DNA of 17,650 bases from an uncultured Verrucomicrobiota bacterium (GTDB taxonomy: Bacteria > Verrucomicrobiota > Verrucomicrobiia > Limisphaerales > JAOAIM01): contig CAYXJB010000020.1 of the NCBI GenBank assembly GCA_964465445.1, positions 278 through 17,927 on the forward strand, read 5' to 3'. Below are positions 1 to 7,390 of this stretch, piece after piece (the first letter of the stretch is position 1; every line of letters begins with the position of its first letter). The notes beneath the pieces were generated by a model that made no database searches, was not told the DNA's origin, and saw only the letters and a list, made by a program, of their open reading frames with translations. The position numbers were made by a program, and so were the translations under genes.

Positions 1-1286
1 CGAACGAACAACCGTCCGCCGGCGATCGCGATGCTGGAGCGAATCTGGTTGTCACCCGGTTCGCCGAACTCGGCCACGTGCAACACCTTGAATTCCTGGC
101 CTGCGCTGACGACAAAGACCCGTCCACGGAAATCCTGAAAATAGATTTTGCCGTCCGCGGCCGCGGGCGAGGCCTCGATCTTGTCGCGCGTTTCGAGTTG
201 GCCGATCCAGTCGGGTTTGCCGGTGGCCGGGTCCACTCGGGCGATGGTTTTGCGGTCGCTGTTGAGGACGAAAAACCGACCGCGATAGAACAGGGGTGTC
301 GAGACATCAGTGGAAACCTCCCGGTCGCGGCTCACCCAGGCCAGGGCCGAATCGTCGAGCGTCCCGCTGAGGCCGAGTTTGACGGCATAGACCGGCGCGC
401 CCTTGGGAGCGCAGGCCAGGGCCACGCCATTGCCGGCCACCGGCGAGGGCACGAGCCGCCAGTGCGAGATGCGCGTCGGATTCCACGTGCCCCAGCGCCA
501 CAGCTCGCGGCCGTCGCGCGGATCATGGCCGGTGATGCAATCGCCCCCGGCCACCAGCAGTTGCGTGCGACCTTCATGCCGGCAGGGGATCGGTGTGCTG
601 TAGGCTTCGCGGGATTCGGCGACGGCATCGGAGGGGCGCACGTGTCGCCAGAGGTCCTTGCCGGTGCGCGGATCGAGGGCCAGCAAATACGAGTCGTTGG
701 GCCCGTCGGGCCGGCCGCGGCCCTGGACCGGCACGTCGCGTTGGAGGACCTGCAGGTAAAGCCGCCCGTCGTGGAGCGTGGGACTGGCGGCGTAGGTCCA
801 CAGGAACGCAAACGGGCCGTGGTCTTTCTGAATGTTGCGTTCCCAGAGTTTCTTGCCGGTGAAATCGAAGGCCACCAGATGGCCGGTGCCGTAGTAGAAG
901 TACACCCGCTCATCGTCGGTGGTTGGCGAGGGCGAGGCCAGGTTGCTCCGATCGTCCTGTTGAAAGCCCGGCGCGATCTCGTGATTCCAAAGTTCGCGTC
1001 CGGTTCGGGCGTCCAGACAAAGCGCGCGCAGCGTCCGGGAACGCACGTCGGTCGAGCTCACGAAGACGTGTTGACCCCAAACGACCGGTGTGGCGGCCGA
1101 GGGGCCGGGCAGGGAAGCGACCCAGCGCACGCCGTTGGTGCGGGAGAAATGCAGCGGCGTGCCGGTCTCGGTCGAGGAGCCGTCGAAGTTCGGCCCGCGC
1201 CAGTGCGGCCAGTTCTCCGCCGGCGAAAGCCAGACGCCCAGCGTCAGCGCACCGGCGGCCAGGAACAGAGTTCGGATTCGGTCCAT
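1..1286 (-). CDS. Secreted PQQ-like (BamB/PQQ enzyme-repeat family) beta-propeller repeat protein. The N-terminus is in the window (Met at 1286) and the C-terminus runs off the left edge (partial).
   Basis: I translated the minus strand by hand from ATG 1286-1284 and it stays open to position 1. This ORF is absent from the track because it has no in-window stop. The N-terminus MDRIRTLFLAAGALTLGVWLSPA looks like a signal peptide. Repeats of the PQQ-propeller type recur with a periodic G-x-L-x-A-x-D-x-x-T-G-x-x-x-W pattern: VYFYYGTGHLVAFDFTGKKLWER, SYLLALDPRTGKDLWRH, DCITGHDPRDGRELWRW, RGRFFVLNSDRKTIARVDPATGKPDW, DGKIYFQDFRGRVFVV. I confirmed the frame by re-deriving codons around 870-900 (FYYGTGHLVA). 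The overlapping plus-strand ORF 78-2633 has Ala/Gly/Arg-rich, low-information composition, typical of antisense. Confidence 0.8.
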   Translation of the reverse strand, partial: MDRIRTLFLAAGALTLGVWLSPAENWPHWRGPNFDGSSTETGTPLHFSRTNGVRWVASLPGPSAATPVVWGQHVFVSSTDVRSRTLRALCLDARTGRELWNHEIAPGFQQDDRSNLASPSPTTDDERVYFYYGTGHLVAFDFTGKKLWERNIQKDHGPFAFLWTYAASPTLHDGRLYLQVLQRDVPVQGRGRPDGPNDSYLLALDPRTGKDLWRHVRPSDAVAESREAYSTPIPCRHEGRTQLLVAGGDCITGHDPRDGRELWRWGTWNPTRISHWRLVPSPVAGNGVALACAPKGAPVYAVKLGLSGTLDDSALAWVSRDREVSTDVSTPLFYRGRFFVLNSDRKTIARVDPATGKPDWIGQLETRDKIEASPAAADGKIYFQDFRGRVFVVSAGQEFKVLHVAEFGEPGDNQIRSSIAIAGGRLFV

Positions 1287-1550
1287 CGTGTCGGCGTACG
1301 ACCCGGTGCGGCGTGCCGTTTCCCCCGGGTCTGCGCGCCAAAGCTAGCACTCCGGCCCGGCGCGGCGCAACTGCGCGCAGCCCGCAACGCGGCACCAGGT
1401 GGCTGCATCGGACCGGAGTCCGGCTCGACAGAATCGTTCGGCCCGGTCTACTCTTTGGCGACTGGCAGCACTGGAGTCCGAACCGCCCGAGCGCGGCCCG
1501 GAGCGCACGGCGGACCGCACGGCGGAGCGAGGAGTTCAAGCACGAGGGTT
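1287..1550. promoter_or_regulatory. Divergent intergenic region (264 bp) between the minus-strand PQQ-propeller gene and the plus-strand URO-D-family gene. Promoters for both probably lie here.
   Basis: Gene starts at 1286 (minus) and 1551 (plus) face away from each other. The region contains a short tandem direct repeat, cgcacggcgga x2, at about 1502-1527, and gagg at about 1541-1544 just upstream of ATG 1551. I could not recognise any specific promoter consensus. Confidence 0.3.
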
Positions 1551-2633
1551 ATGACCTCCCGCGAACGTGTCCTCACAGCTTTGGAGCATCATCCGACCGA
1601 TCGGGTGCCTCGTCTGCTTTACGAGGAAGTAATTGGTTACACACCACCCGTGGCGCGACTGCTGGGGGAACGGTGTGCGCCCAAACCACCTCGCGAATAT
1701 TTCGACATGGACATCAGCAGCGTCAGCTTCAACCCGACCCGGCAGCCTCGTGAGCGGTTTGCCGACTGGCTCGGCGATGAGGCGTCCACGGCGCTCGAGA
1801 GTGGTCAGGTGGACGAATGGGGTGTTTGGTGGCGGACCGGTGATTTCCATCATTTCGCACGGATCGAATCGCCACTGCGGCCGGTTGAAAATCTCGCCCA
1901 GATCGAGCGCTATCCCTGGCCGGACTTGGACCAGCCGTATCGTTACGAGGGCGTGCGCGAACGAGTCCGCAGGCTGCAATCGCAGGGCCTGGCAGTGGCT
2001 GCGTTCGCCGGCTCGGTGTTCGAACAAGCCTGGTATCTGCGCGGGCTGGAGACGTTGATGGTGGACCTGCTGACCCGCCCGCATATTGCGCGGGCGCTGT
2101 TCGAGCGCACTGCCGCGTGTCAGCAGTTCGCTGCCCGGCAATTCGCCGCGGCAGGTGTGGACATCCTCATCACCGGGGACGACATCGCCGGCCAAACCGG
2201 GCCGCTGATCAGCCCCGAATTGTGGCGGCGGTTCTTGAAACCGCTGCTGGCCAGCACCGTGCGCATCGTGAAAGAAACCAACCCGGCCACACGGGTTTTC
2301 TACCATTCGGACGGCAACGTGGAAGCCTTCATTCCCGAGCTGATCGAGGTCGGCATCGAGATCCTCAACCCGATCCAACCCGAAGTCATGGATCCGGCGG
2401 CGATCAAGCGGCGCTACGGCGACCGGCTCTCATTCTGGGGCACCCTCAGCGTTCAACGGACAATGCCGCTTGGCACACCCGACGAGGTGCGCGCCGAGGT
2501 CCGCGCCCGCATCCGCGAGGTGGGGCGCGGCGGTGGGTTGATTCTTGCCCCGGCACACGTGCTCGGCCCGGAGACGCCCTGGGAAAACATCGTTGCCTTC
2601 TTCGAGGCGGCCGACTCGACGCCGGTCGTCTGA
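1551..2633 (+). CDS. Uroporphyrinogen decarboxylase (URO-D) family protein, of the MtaA/CmuA-like methyltransferase or URO-D-like fold. The true function is uncertain.
   Basis: ATG at 1551 (MTSRERVLTALEHHPTDRVPRLLY...) is preceded by gagg. This is the C-terminal 361 codons of track ORF 78-2633. The N-terminal pattern R-x-L-x-A-L-x-x-x-x-x-D-R-V-P and the later ILITGDDIAGQTGPLISPELWRRFLKP...FYHSDGNVEAFIPELIEVGIEILNPIQP...LSFWGTLS match the URO-D/MtaA family layout: [A/G]GxDxL...DxxGxxxPxxFxxFxxP...HxCG/HSDGNxxxxLxxxxxxGxDxLn. Confidence 0.8.
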   Translation: MTSRERVLTALEHHPTDRVPRLLYEEVIGYTPPVARLLGERCAPKPPREYFDMDISSVSFNPTRQPRERFADWLGDEASTALESGQVDEWGVWWRTGDFHHFARIESPLRPVENLAQIERYPWPDLDQPYRYEGVRERVRRLQSQGLAVAAFAGSVFEQAWYLRGLETLMVDLLTRPHIARALFERTAACQQFAARQFAAAGVDILITGDDIAGQTGPLISPELWRRFLKPLLASTVRIVKETNPATRVFYHSDGNVEAFIPELIEVGIEILNPIQPEVMDPAAIKRRYGDRLSFWGTLSVQRTMPLGTPDEVRAEVRARIREVGRGGGLILAPAHVLGPETPWENIVAFFEAADSTPVV

Positions 2634-2870
2634 TCGGGCTTGAAATCACCTTCGTGAGGAATTCCGGGGGTCGAACCGCGCGCATGCAAAGTGCTTTCGG
2701 GCCAGGACAGTGGTCGCCGAACCTTTTGGATGCCGTTGTACGCCGACGCGCGGGTGGCTGATCTCGCTCGGAAGGCTGAGGCCGGCGCGGGCGGAGCGAC
2801 AAAAATCCGTTGCCACCTCGGGTCGGGCCGATAGCATGGCGCGCCCTGGTTCGGAAGGGCGTTCTGGACG

Positions 2871-3974
2871 ATGAACAGCTACGACATTGCGGTGATTCCC
2901 GGAGATGGCACCGGGCCGGAAGTGGTGGCCGAAGGCGTGAAAGTGGCCGAGGCGGCAGCGCGCAAGTTCGGCTTCCGGCTCAACTGGCATTATTACGATT
3001 TCGGCGGCGAACGCTACCTGCGCACCGGCGAGGTGTTGCCCGACAGCGCGATCGAGGAATTGCGTCGGTTCAAGGCGATCTATCTCGGCGCGGTCGGCCA
3101 TCCGCAGGTCAAGCCCGGCATTTTGGAAAAGGGGATTCTGTTGCGGCTGCGATTCGAGCTGGAGCAGTACATCAACCTGCGACCGGTCAAGCTCTACCGC
3201 GCCCGGGATTGTCCCATCAAGGACAAGGGGCCGGAAGACGTGGATTTTGTGGTGGTGCGGGAAAACAACGAGGGTCTGTACACCGGCGCGGGCGGGTTTC
3301 TGTTCAAAGGCACGCCGCACGAAGTGGCCCTGCAGGAGTCGGTCAACACCCGCCGCGGTGTCGAGCGTTGCCTGCGCTTCGCCTTCGAGCTGGCCCGCCG
3401 CCGCCGCAACGGTCAGCCCTGGAAAGGGCTCAAGCCCGAGGACATCGCCGCCGGCAAAACCGCCCAACTGACCCTCTGCGGCAAGACCAACGTCCTGACC
3501 TACGCCTTCGATCTGTGGGAACGGGCTTTTCATGAAGTCGGTGCCGCCTACCCGAGCGTCAAACGCGACTACGCCCACGTGGACGCCATTTGCATGTGGT
3601 TTGTGAAAAACCCCGAGTGGTTCGATGTGATCGTCACCGACAACATGTTCGGGGACATCATCACGGATCTGGCGGCGATGATTCAGGGCGGGCTGGGCGT
3701 GGCCGCCGGCGGCAACATCAATCCCGAGGGCACGAGCATGTTCGAGCCAATGGGCGGCAGCGCGCCCAAGTACACCGGCCAGAACGTCATCAACCCCATC
3801 GCCGCCATCAACGCCGCGGGCATGATGCTCGACTTCCTGGGCGAAACCCGTGCCGCCGCCGCCATCGAGGCCGCCGTGGTGCAGGTCATCAACACCCGGA
3901 TTCAATCCCTGGCGGCGGGTCGGATGGGCTACGGCACGCGCGAAGTGGGCGATCTGATCGCCGCAGCGGTTTGA
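2871..3974 (+). CDS. Isocitrate/isopropylmalate dehydrogenase family protein, a beta-decarboxylating dehydrogenase. It is tartrate dehydrogenase-like or 3-isopropylmalate dehydrogenase-like.
   Basis: 367 aa. The N-terminus [19 protein letters not shown] is the classic IAVxPGDGIGPEV start of the family. The substrate/metal-binding segments are [47 protein letters not shown]...[30 protein letters not shown]. The TDH/IPMDH sub-assignment cannot be made by eye. Confidence 0.85.
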   Translation: MNSYDIAVIPGDGTGPEVVAEGVKVAEAAARKFGFRLNWHYYDFGGERYLRTGEVLPDSAIEELRRFKAIYLGAVGHPQVKPGILEKGILLRLRFELEQYINLRPVKLYRARDCPIKDKGPEDVDFVVVRENNEGLYTGAGGFLFKGTPHEVALQESVNTRRGVERCLRFAFELARRRRNGQPWKGLKPEDIAAGKTAQLTLCGKTNVLTYAFDLWERAFHEVGAAYPSVKRDYAHVDAICMWFVKNPEWFDVIVTDNMFGDIITDLAAMIQGGLGVAAGGNINPEGTSMFEPMGGSAPKYTGQNVINPIAAINAAGMMLDFLGETRAAAAIEAAVVQVINTRIQSLAAGRMGYGTREVGDLIAAAV

Positions 3975-4095
3975 ACGGTCCGGCGCGGCGACGGCCGCTG
4001 GCTGCGACGGCGAGCGGCGGGGGGCGATTTCAAGCTTGCTGCTGCCAGGGCGACGCGGCTTAACTGGGCGCAGCGACGCGGTCGGCAAGAGCCCT

Positions 4096-4650
4096 ATGAT
4101 TATCTACGCCATCTGCCTGATCGTCGGCCTGCTCTTTACGCTGATCAGCGCCATCGCCGGGCATTTCTTTGGCGATCATGACGGGGCCGATGTGGGCACC
4201 GGCGGCCACGCCGAAGCCGGTTACGATCAGAGCGGGGTGCCGGGCATTTCGTTTTTCAGCCCGACGGTGCTGGCAAGTTTTGTGACGGCGTTCGGCGCTT
4301 TTGGGCTGATCTTCAGTCAGATCGAGGCCACCAACAGTCCCTGGGCCAGCGCGCCGTTGTCGCTGGCCGGCGGTGGACTGGTCGCGTGGGTGGTGTTTTT
4401 GATTTTCAATTCGCTGTTCCGCAAGACGCAAAGCTCCAGTGAATCGCGTCTGGCCTCGGTGGTGGGGCTGCCGGCGTCGGTGCTCACGCCCATCCCGGAA
4501 AACGGCGTGGGCGAGATTGCCTACGTGCAATCGGGCGCGCGGTACACGGCTCCGGCGCGGGCCGAGCAGGGCCGGGCGATCGCCGCCGGCCAGCCGGTCA
4601 GGATCACGCGCGTGGTGGGCACACAGTTTTACGTCGAACCCATCGGTTGA
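4096..4650 (+). CDS. nfeD: NfeD-family membrane protein (short form), the flotillin-associated partner. It has three TM helices and a C-terminal OB-fold beta-barrel.
   Basis: The track ORF starts at 4036, but the hydrophobic protein begins at ATG 4096 (MIIYAICLIVGLLFTLISAIAG). Predicted TM segments are ISFFSPTVLASFVTAFGAFGLIF and LSLAGGGLVAWVVFLIFNSLF. The C-terminus GLPASVLTPIPENGVGEIAYVQSGARYTAPARAEQGRAIAAGQPVRITRVVGTQFYVEPI fits the NfeD OB-fold consensus (G.G.V...GxxW.A.......G..V.V..V.G..L.V). It sits immediately upstream of a flotillin gene, which is the canonical arrangement (yuaF-floT/yqeZ-floA type). Confidence 0.7.
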   Translation: MIIYAICLIVGLLFTLISAIAGHFFGDHDGADVGTGGHAEAGYDQSGVPGISFFSPTVLASFVTAFGAFGLIFSQIEATNSPWASAPLSLAGGGLVAWVVFLIFNSLFRKTQSSSESRLASVVGLPASVLTPIPENGVGEIAYVQSGARYTAPARAEQGRAIAAGQPVRITRVVGTQFYVEPIG

Positions 4651-4676
4651 ACGCAGATGCAGCGGAGTCGAATGCC

Positions 4677-6218
4677 ATGAGCATGCATGTGGATCGGATG
4701 CTGGCGCTGCTGGGAGGCAGTGGAATTCCCTGGCTGACGGTGATTTTGGCCGTGGGCGCGCTGTTGCTGGTGTTTTTTGTCTTCGCCGGCATTTGGGCCA
4801 GCCGCTACACCAAGGTCGGCCCCAACCAGGTGCTGGTCATTTCCGGACGCAAACACCGCGTGGTGGATCCGGACGGCACGGTGCGGGAGGTGGGCTTCCG
4901 GATCGTCAAGGGCGGCGGCGTGTTCGTCTGGCCGGTGTTCGAGAAGGTGGACGTGCTCTCGCTGGAGCTGCTGACGATTGATGTGCAGACGCCGGAGGTT
5001 TACACGGTCAAGGGCGTGCCGGTGCGCGTGGACGGGGTGGCCCAGATCAAGGTCAAGGGCGATGATATTTCCATCGCGACCGCGGCCGAACAGTTCCTGA
5101 GCAAGGGCGCCGAGGAAATTCGCAACATCGCCACCCAAACGCTGGAAGGGCATTTGCGCGCGATCCTGGGCACGCTCACCGTCGAGGAAATCTACCAGAA
5201 CCGCGACGCCTTTGCCGCCAAGGTGCAGGAGGTGGCCGCCGGCGACATGGCCAACATGGGCCTGCAGATCGTCAGCTTCACCATCCGCGACATCCGCGAC
5301 AGCCAGGGTTACCTCGATGCGCTGGGCAAACCGCGCATCGCCCAGGTCAAACGCGATGCAGTGATCGCCCAGGCCGAGGCCGACCGCGACGCGATGATCA
5401 AAAGCGCCCAGGCCCAACAGGCCGGTCAGGAGGCCAAATTCGCCGCCGACACCAAGATCGCCGAGGCCCAGCGCGACTACCAGATCAACGTCGCCCAGTA
5501 CCAGGCGGCGGTGAACCAGAAAAAGGCCGAGGCCGACCTGGCCTACGACCTGCAGAAATTCAAAACCGGCCAGCTCGTCAAAGCCGAAGAAGTCCAGGTC
5601 AGCATCATCGAGAAGCAAAAACAAATCGAGCTGCAGCAACAGGAAATCCTCCGCAAACAGAAGGAGCTCGAAGCCACCGTCCAACGGCCCGCCGATGCCG
5701 AGCGCTACAAGGTGGAAACGCTCGCCAACGCCAAGAAATTTCAGCTCGAGACCGAGGCCGCCGGCGCCGCGGCTGCCACCCGACAAACCGGACTCGCCCA
5801 GGCCGAGGTCATCAAGGCCACCGGTCTGGCCGAGGCCGAGGCCAACAAGGCGCGCGGTCTGGCCGAGGCGGCGATCATCGAAGCGCAGGGCAAGGCGACC
5901 GCCGAAGCCATGCGCATGAAGGCCGAAAGCTTCAAGCAGTACAACGAAGCCGCCGTCATCGAAATGCTCGTCAAGGTCCTGCCCGAACTGGCCGGGCGCA
6001 TCGCCGAACCGCTGAGCAAGACCGAGCGCATCGTCATCATCAACACCGGCAACGGGCCCGGTGGCGGCGCCAGCAAACTCACCGGCGATGTGACCCAGAT
6101 CATCGCCCAACTGCCCCCGTTGCTCGAGAGCCTCACCGGCGTGAAATTCGAGAAGCTGCTCGAACAGGTCCCCGCGTTGAAGAAGGCGATGGAAACCGAG
6201 CGCAAGACCGGCGACTGA
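4677..6218 (+). CDS. floT: Flotillin, an SPFH/band-7 domain protein of the FloT/YuaG type.
   Basis: An N-terminal TM helix (LTVILAVGALLLVFFVFAGIW) is followed by RYTKVGPNQVLVISG and an SPFH domain. Then comes a long EA-rich coiled coil (flotillin repeats: AEAEANKARGLAEAAIIEAQGKATAEAMRMKAE) and a conserved C-terminal LPELA...I.I. The track start 4647 is a TTG that overlaps the NfeD stop. I prefer ATG 4677, which lies 10 nt after ggag at about 4663-4666. ATG 4698 (MLALLGG) is also possible. Confidence 0.85.
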   Translation: MSMHVDRMLALLGGSGIPWLTVILAVGALLLVFFVFAGIWASRYTKVGPNQVLVISGRKHRVVDPDGTVREVGFRIVKGGGVFVWPVFEKVDVLSLELLTIDVQTPEVYTVKGVPVRVDGVAQIKVKGDDISIATAAEQFLSKGAEEIRNIATQTLEGHLRAILGTLTVEEIYQNRDAFAAKVQEVAAGDMANMGLQIVSFTIRDIRDSQGYLDALGKPRIAQVKRDAVIAQAEADRDAMIKSAQAQQAGQEAKFAADTKIAEAQRDYQINVAQYQAAVNQKKAEADLAYDLQKFKTGQLVKAEEVQVSIIEKQKQIELQQQEILRKQKELEATVQRPADAERYKVETLANAKKFQLETEAAGAAAATRQTGLAQAEVIKATGLAEAEANKARGLAEAAIIEAQGKATAEAMRMKAESFKQYNEAAVIEMLVKVLPELAGRIAEPLSKTERIVIINTGNGPGGGASKLTGDVTQIIAQLPPLLESLTGVKFEKLLEQVPALKKAMETERKTGD

Positions 6219-6235
6219 CCCGACCGCAACCGCCC

Positions 6236-6427
6236 ATGAAATTGCGACGCTCGAGCCGGAACGACATGGTGGCAGGGGTGTGCGCCGGCCTGGCGCACGC
6301 GCTGGATTTGCCGGTTGGCCGGGTGCGTATTGCTTATGTTCTGCTCTCGATCCTCAGCGCGGGATTTCCGGGCATCCTGGTTTACCTGCTGCTGTGGTTC
6401 GTGATACCCGGGACCGACGAGTGGTGA
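6236..6427 (+). CDS. Minimal PspC-domain protein, a phage-shock-protein C domain with a single TM helix.
   Basis: 63 aa. DMVAGVCAGLAHALDLPVGRVRIAYVLLSILSAGFPGILVYLLLWFVIP matches the PspC domain signature (DRxIAGVCGGLAxYFGIDPTLVRLLFVLLTLFGGxGILLYIILWIIIP). It starts 17 bp after the flotillin stop. Confidence 0.7.
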   Translation: MKLRRSSRNDMVAGVCAGLAHALDLPVGRVRIAYVLLSILSAGFPGILVYLLLWFVIPGTDEW

Positions 6428-6433
6428 ACCAGG

Positions 6434-7336
6434 ATGCGTTTGTTTGAGGCCATCATCGAAGCCAATCACCGCGCCGCGGCGGGCGATCCGTCCGCCGGGC
6501 TGCGCCCGGGGGATTTTGCCGACGCGTTGCCGGTGGCCGCGCTCACCTGCATTGACCCGCGCCTCAACCCGCTGATTCCCGAGGTGCTGGGCATTCCCGA
6601 GGAGCAGTTTGTGTGGCTGCGCAATGCCGGCAACATCATCACCGGGCCGGTCTCCAGCACGATGCGTTCGCTGGCGCTGGCCTGCGCCGTCAAGGGCGCA
6701 CGCGAAATCGCCATCATCGGTCACACCGACTGTCTGGTCTGCAAGACCGGCACGATGCAGTTGCTCGAGCGGCTGGCCGCCTTCGGTGTCCGGCGAGAAG
6801 CGCTGCCCGAAAACATCACTGAATTTTTCGGCCTCTTCGCCAGTGAACGGCAGAACGTCATCAAAGCCTGCGAGATCGTGCGCCACAGCCCGCTGATCGG
6901 CGCGGCCATCCCCGTGCATGGTCTGCTGGTGGACGTGCACACCGGGCGGCTCGAATGGATCGTCAATGGTTATCAGACTCTGGCGCAACCCACCGCCGCA
7001 TCCACCGAGGCGGCTCAGATCGCCCGGCAGGCTGTCGAAGCGGTTAAATCGCTGGCCGACGTGCCCATCGGCGGGGTGAAACTTTCCGAAACCCAGATCG
7101 GCCAGACCGTTTTGCAGGCCGGCGATTGGCTCACGCACCAGCTCGAACAGCCCCCGGCCACGTCCCACGCGCCGCAATCGCCCGGCAGCACGTCCACCGC
7201 GGCGAACATCGCCGGTCAAATCATCCAGCTCGCCCGGGAGCATCAACAGTCCGCTTCCGATGCCGCGACCGCGCCACCGTCCAAACCACCCAAACTGCCC
7301 ACGCCGATCCGTCCGCGCCCGAAATTCAAGCGGTGA
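6434..7336 (+). CDS. Beta-class carbonic anhydrase with a roughly 110-aa low-complexity C-terminal extension that is Pro/Ala/Ser/Thr-rich and ends in a basic tail.
   Basis: The zinc-ligand and catalytic dyad motifs of beta-CA are present: LTCIDPRLNP (C-x-D-x-R), FVWLRNAGNII (FVxRNAGN), IIGHTDCLVCK (H-x-x-C). The start lies 6 bp after the PspC stop, with agga adjacent to the ATG. The C-terminal tail is ...PPATSHAPQSPGSTSTAANIAG...ATAPPSKPPKLPTPIRPRPKFKR. Confidence 0.8.
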   Translation: MRLFEAIIEANHRAAAGDPSAGLRPGDFADALPVAALTCIDPRLNPLIPEVLGIPEEQFVWLRNAGNIITGPVSSTMRSLALACAVKGAREIAIIGHTDCLVCKTGTMQLLERLAAFGVRREALPENITEFFGLFASERQNVIKACEIVRHSPLIGAAIPVHGLLVDVHTGRLEWIVNGYQTLAQPTAASTEAAQIARQAVEAVKSLADVPIGGVKLSETQIGQTVLQAGDWLTHQLEQPPATSHAPQSPGSTSTAANIAGQIIQLAREHQQSASDAATAPPSKPPKLPTPIRPRPKFKR

Positions 7337-7353
7337 AACGGCGGCGAACGGCG

Positions 7354-7384
7354 GTCGCGAGCGACGAGGACGAGCGTTCGCGAC
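7354..7384. terminator. GC-rich hairpin between convergent genes (beta-CA at 6434-7336 on plus, GT4 at 7391-8650 on minus). It is a candidate bidirectional terminator, but no U-tract follows it on either strand.
   Basis: The stem is gtcgcgagcg (7354-7363) paired with cgttcgcgac (7375-7384), 9 of 10 complementary, around an 11-nt loop. It sits 18 nt after the beta-CA stop and 7 nt after the GT4 stop. The absence of a U-run makes the terminator call weak. Confidence 0.3.
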
Positions 7385-7390
7385 GGCTGT

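Noticed and set aside
1502-1527. Tandem direct repeat cgcacggcgga x2 in the divergent promoter region, a possible operator
   Set aside because: It is only two copies of an 11-mer in GC-rich DNA and has no palindromic symmetry. That is insufficient to call a binding site.
2836-2874. 12-codon upstream ORF ([12 protein letters not shown]) whose stop overlaps the ATG of the IDH/IPMDH-family gene, a possible leader peptide or attenuator
   Set aside because: It has no run of regulatory codons (no Leu, Ile or Val tandem codons as in leu/ilv leaders). I could not identify alternative terminator and antiterminator hairpins after it. A uORF this short is likely chance in high-GC sequence.
2646-4088. 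480-aa minus-strand ORF opposite the IDH-family gene. The same applies to 4629-6110 minus (493 aa) opposite flotillin, 5741-7246 minus (501 aa), 7475-8812 plus (445 aa) opposite GT4, 8863-10341 plus (492 aa) opposite the topoisomerase B gene, 10808-11935 minus (375 aa) opposite the sugar-binding protein, 13875-15284 minus (469 aa) opposite the Gfo/Idh/MocA gene, and 15325-16926 minus (533 aa).
   Set aside because: All are R/G/A/P-dominated, low-complexity translations lying antisense to genes with clear family motifs. This is the typical open antisense frame of high-GC3 coding DNA, and none has a recognisable domain.
4036-4095. 20-codon N-terminal extension of the NfeD-like gene (track start 4036, MLLPGRRGLTGRSDAVGKSP)
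   Set aside because: The extension is polar and Arg/Gly-rich and precedes the first TM helix. ATG 4096 begins directly with the hydrophobic helix, as in NfeD short forms, so I chose the internal start. An N-terminal cytoplasmic extension cannot be fully excluded.
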